From the NCBI GenBank assembly GCA_943324565.2, contig CALPMC020000002.1, positions 963 through 64,962 of the forward strand: a DNA stretch of 64,000 nt, read 5' to 3'. Under the pieces are notes generated by a model. It was not told the origin of the DNA. It saw nothing but the letters and a program-made list of their open reading frames with translations, and did not search any database. Source of the stretch: Chitinophaga pinensis (lineage in GTDB: Bacteria; Bacteroidota; Bacteroidia; Flavobacteriales_D; Crocinitomicaceae). Below, in pieces: positions 63,439 through 64,000 of this stretch (its first letter is position 1; every line of letters starts with the position of its first letter). The position numbers and the translations under genes were made by a program.

Positions 63439-63446
63439 CAAATATA
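63439..63446 (-). promoter_or_regulatory. -7 promoter box TATATTTG (minus strand)
   Basis: Plus strand reads CAAATATA. 4-nt gap to the dnaB ATG at 63434 (leaderless geometry). Confidence 0.45.
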
Positions 63447-63719
63447 CACATTGAGAATATCTTGCTGTATAACCTTTTATAATAGTTTATTAAAAGATGC
63501 TAATATTGGTTATGAACAATTGTTTAGAAGTTGAATTATTGATTTTTTTGTCATGAAATTAATGCCAAGCTCTTTAAAATTTCCCATGCATAAGTGCTGA
63601 TATTTTCTAACTAAACTCTAATCTTTAAACCTTGCTAATTAATAAAATTCGCGCAGAAGTTATTCAATTTTTGTTTAATCTGTGTATGTGTTATAGCCTT
63701 TTCTCCACCAATAATTTAT

Positions 63720-63727
63720 TAACTTTG
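63720..63727 (+). promoter_or_regulatory. -7 promoter box TAACTTTG
   Basis: 21 nt upstream of the pheT ATG at 63749. Confidence 0.45.
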
Positions 63728-63748
63728 CCACCACTTTAAAAATCACTC

Positions 63749-64000
63749 ATGAAAACATCTTTCAATTGGCTTAAAAATTACGTTTCAACTGAACTAAATA
63801 TTGACGAAATTTCAAAAATCCTAACTGACACAGGCTTAGAAGTAGAAGGAGTTGAAAAAATGGAAGCTGTTCAAGGCGGATTAGAAGGTGTAGTGATTGG
63901 TAAAGTTTTGACTTGCGAAAAACATCCCGATGCTGACAAATTAAAAGTTACAACTGTCGATATTGGAACAGAAATCTTACAAATTGTTTGTGGTGCTTCA
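63749..64000 (+). CDS. pheT: Phenylalanine--tRNA ligase beta subunit, 5' end (first 84 codons; runs off the window)
   Basis: Manual translation MKTSFNWLKNYVSTELNIDEISKILTDTGLEVEGVEK...HPDADKLKVTTVDIG is the canonical PheT N-terminus and tRNA-binding-domain start. Confidence 0.85.
   Translation, partial: MKTSFNWLKNYVSTELNIDEISKILTDTGLEVEGVEKMEAVQGGLEGVVIGKVLTCEKHPDADKLKVTTVDIGTEILQIVCGAS

Noticed and set aside
63480-63500. Shared 12-mer AAAGATGCTAAT between the dnaB-pheT spacer and the region next to the 52-bp array (about 39405)
   Set aside because: A single 12-13-nt AT-rich match is expected many times by chance among all pairs of positions in 64 kb. The flanks do not extend the similarity.

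Overview
This 64-kb segment looks like chromosome from a low-GC member of the Bacteroidota, most likely class Flavobacteriia. The taxon guess rests on three T9SS cargo proteins (type A and type B C-terminal sorting domains), a PorP/SprF gene, DUF4924-type families, and many TAnnTTTG promoter boxes placed close to start codons. Gene content is almost entirely core housekeeping. Replication, transcription and translation genes: dnaG, dnaB, rho, hisS, the pheT 5' end, map, a CCA-adding enzyme, ychF, a RelA/SpoT homologue and one tRNA-CAT. Metabolism genes: purB, ltaE, fumarylacetoacetase, thiolase, polyprenyl synthase, GH1 beta-glucosidase and PhoD phosphatase. There is also a small stress cluster (BON, Dps, SHOCT) and a set of envelope and secreted proteins. 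I see no rRNA, CRISPR array, transposase, integrase or recognisable defence or toxin cassette, so I cannot name a new protein-encoded system with confidence. The unusual material is mostly non-coding. (1) A 52-bp tandem array built from CGCAATT/CCGTT words lies downstream of a paaY-like gene, with a looser relative downstream of the RelA/SpoT gene. (2) An identical 14-nt all-GC-core palindrome, TCCGCCGCGGCGGA, occurs at two unrelated loci; one copy sits inside the D-loop of a truncated tRNA 5'-half copy that forms the predicted leader of the intact tRNA. (3) A G-rich box/hairpin family has three copies; two form an inverted pair bracketed by 20-bp direct repeats, which looks like an insertion. 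(4) Short-period purine or pyrimidine word repeats occur in 3' intergenic regions. (5) Several long perfect palindromes abut promoter boxes. Gene-level items worth a second look: an outer-membrane protein / HTH regulator / CsgG-like lipoprotein cluster, a type-B T9SS adhesin paired with a PorP/SprF-OmpA fusion, an N/P/Q-rich insertion in Rho, and several unusual domain fusions. All functional calls come from reading the translated ORFs by eye; no searches were run.
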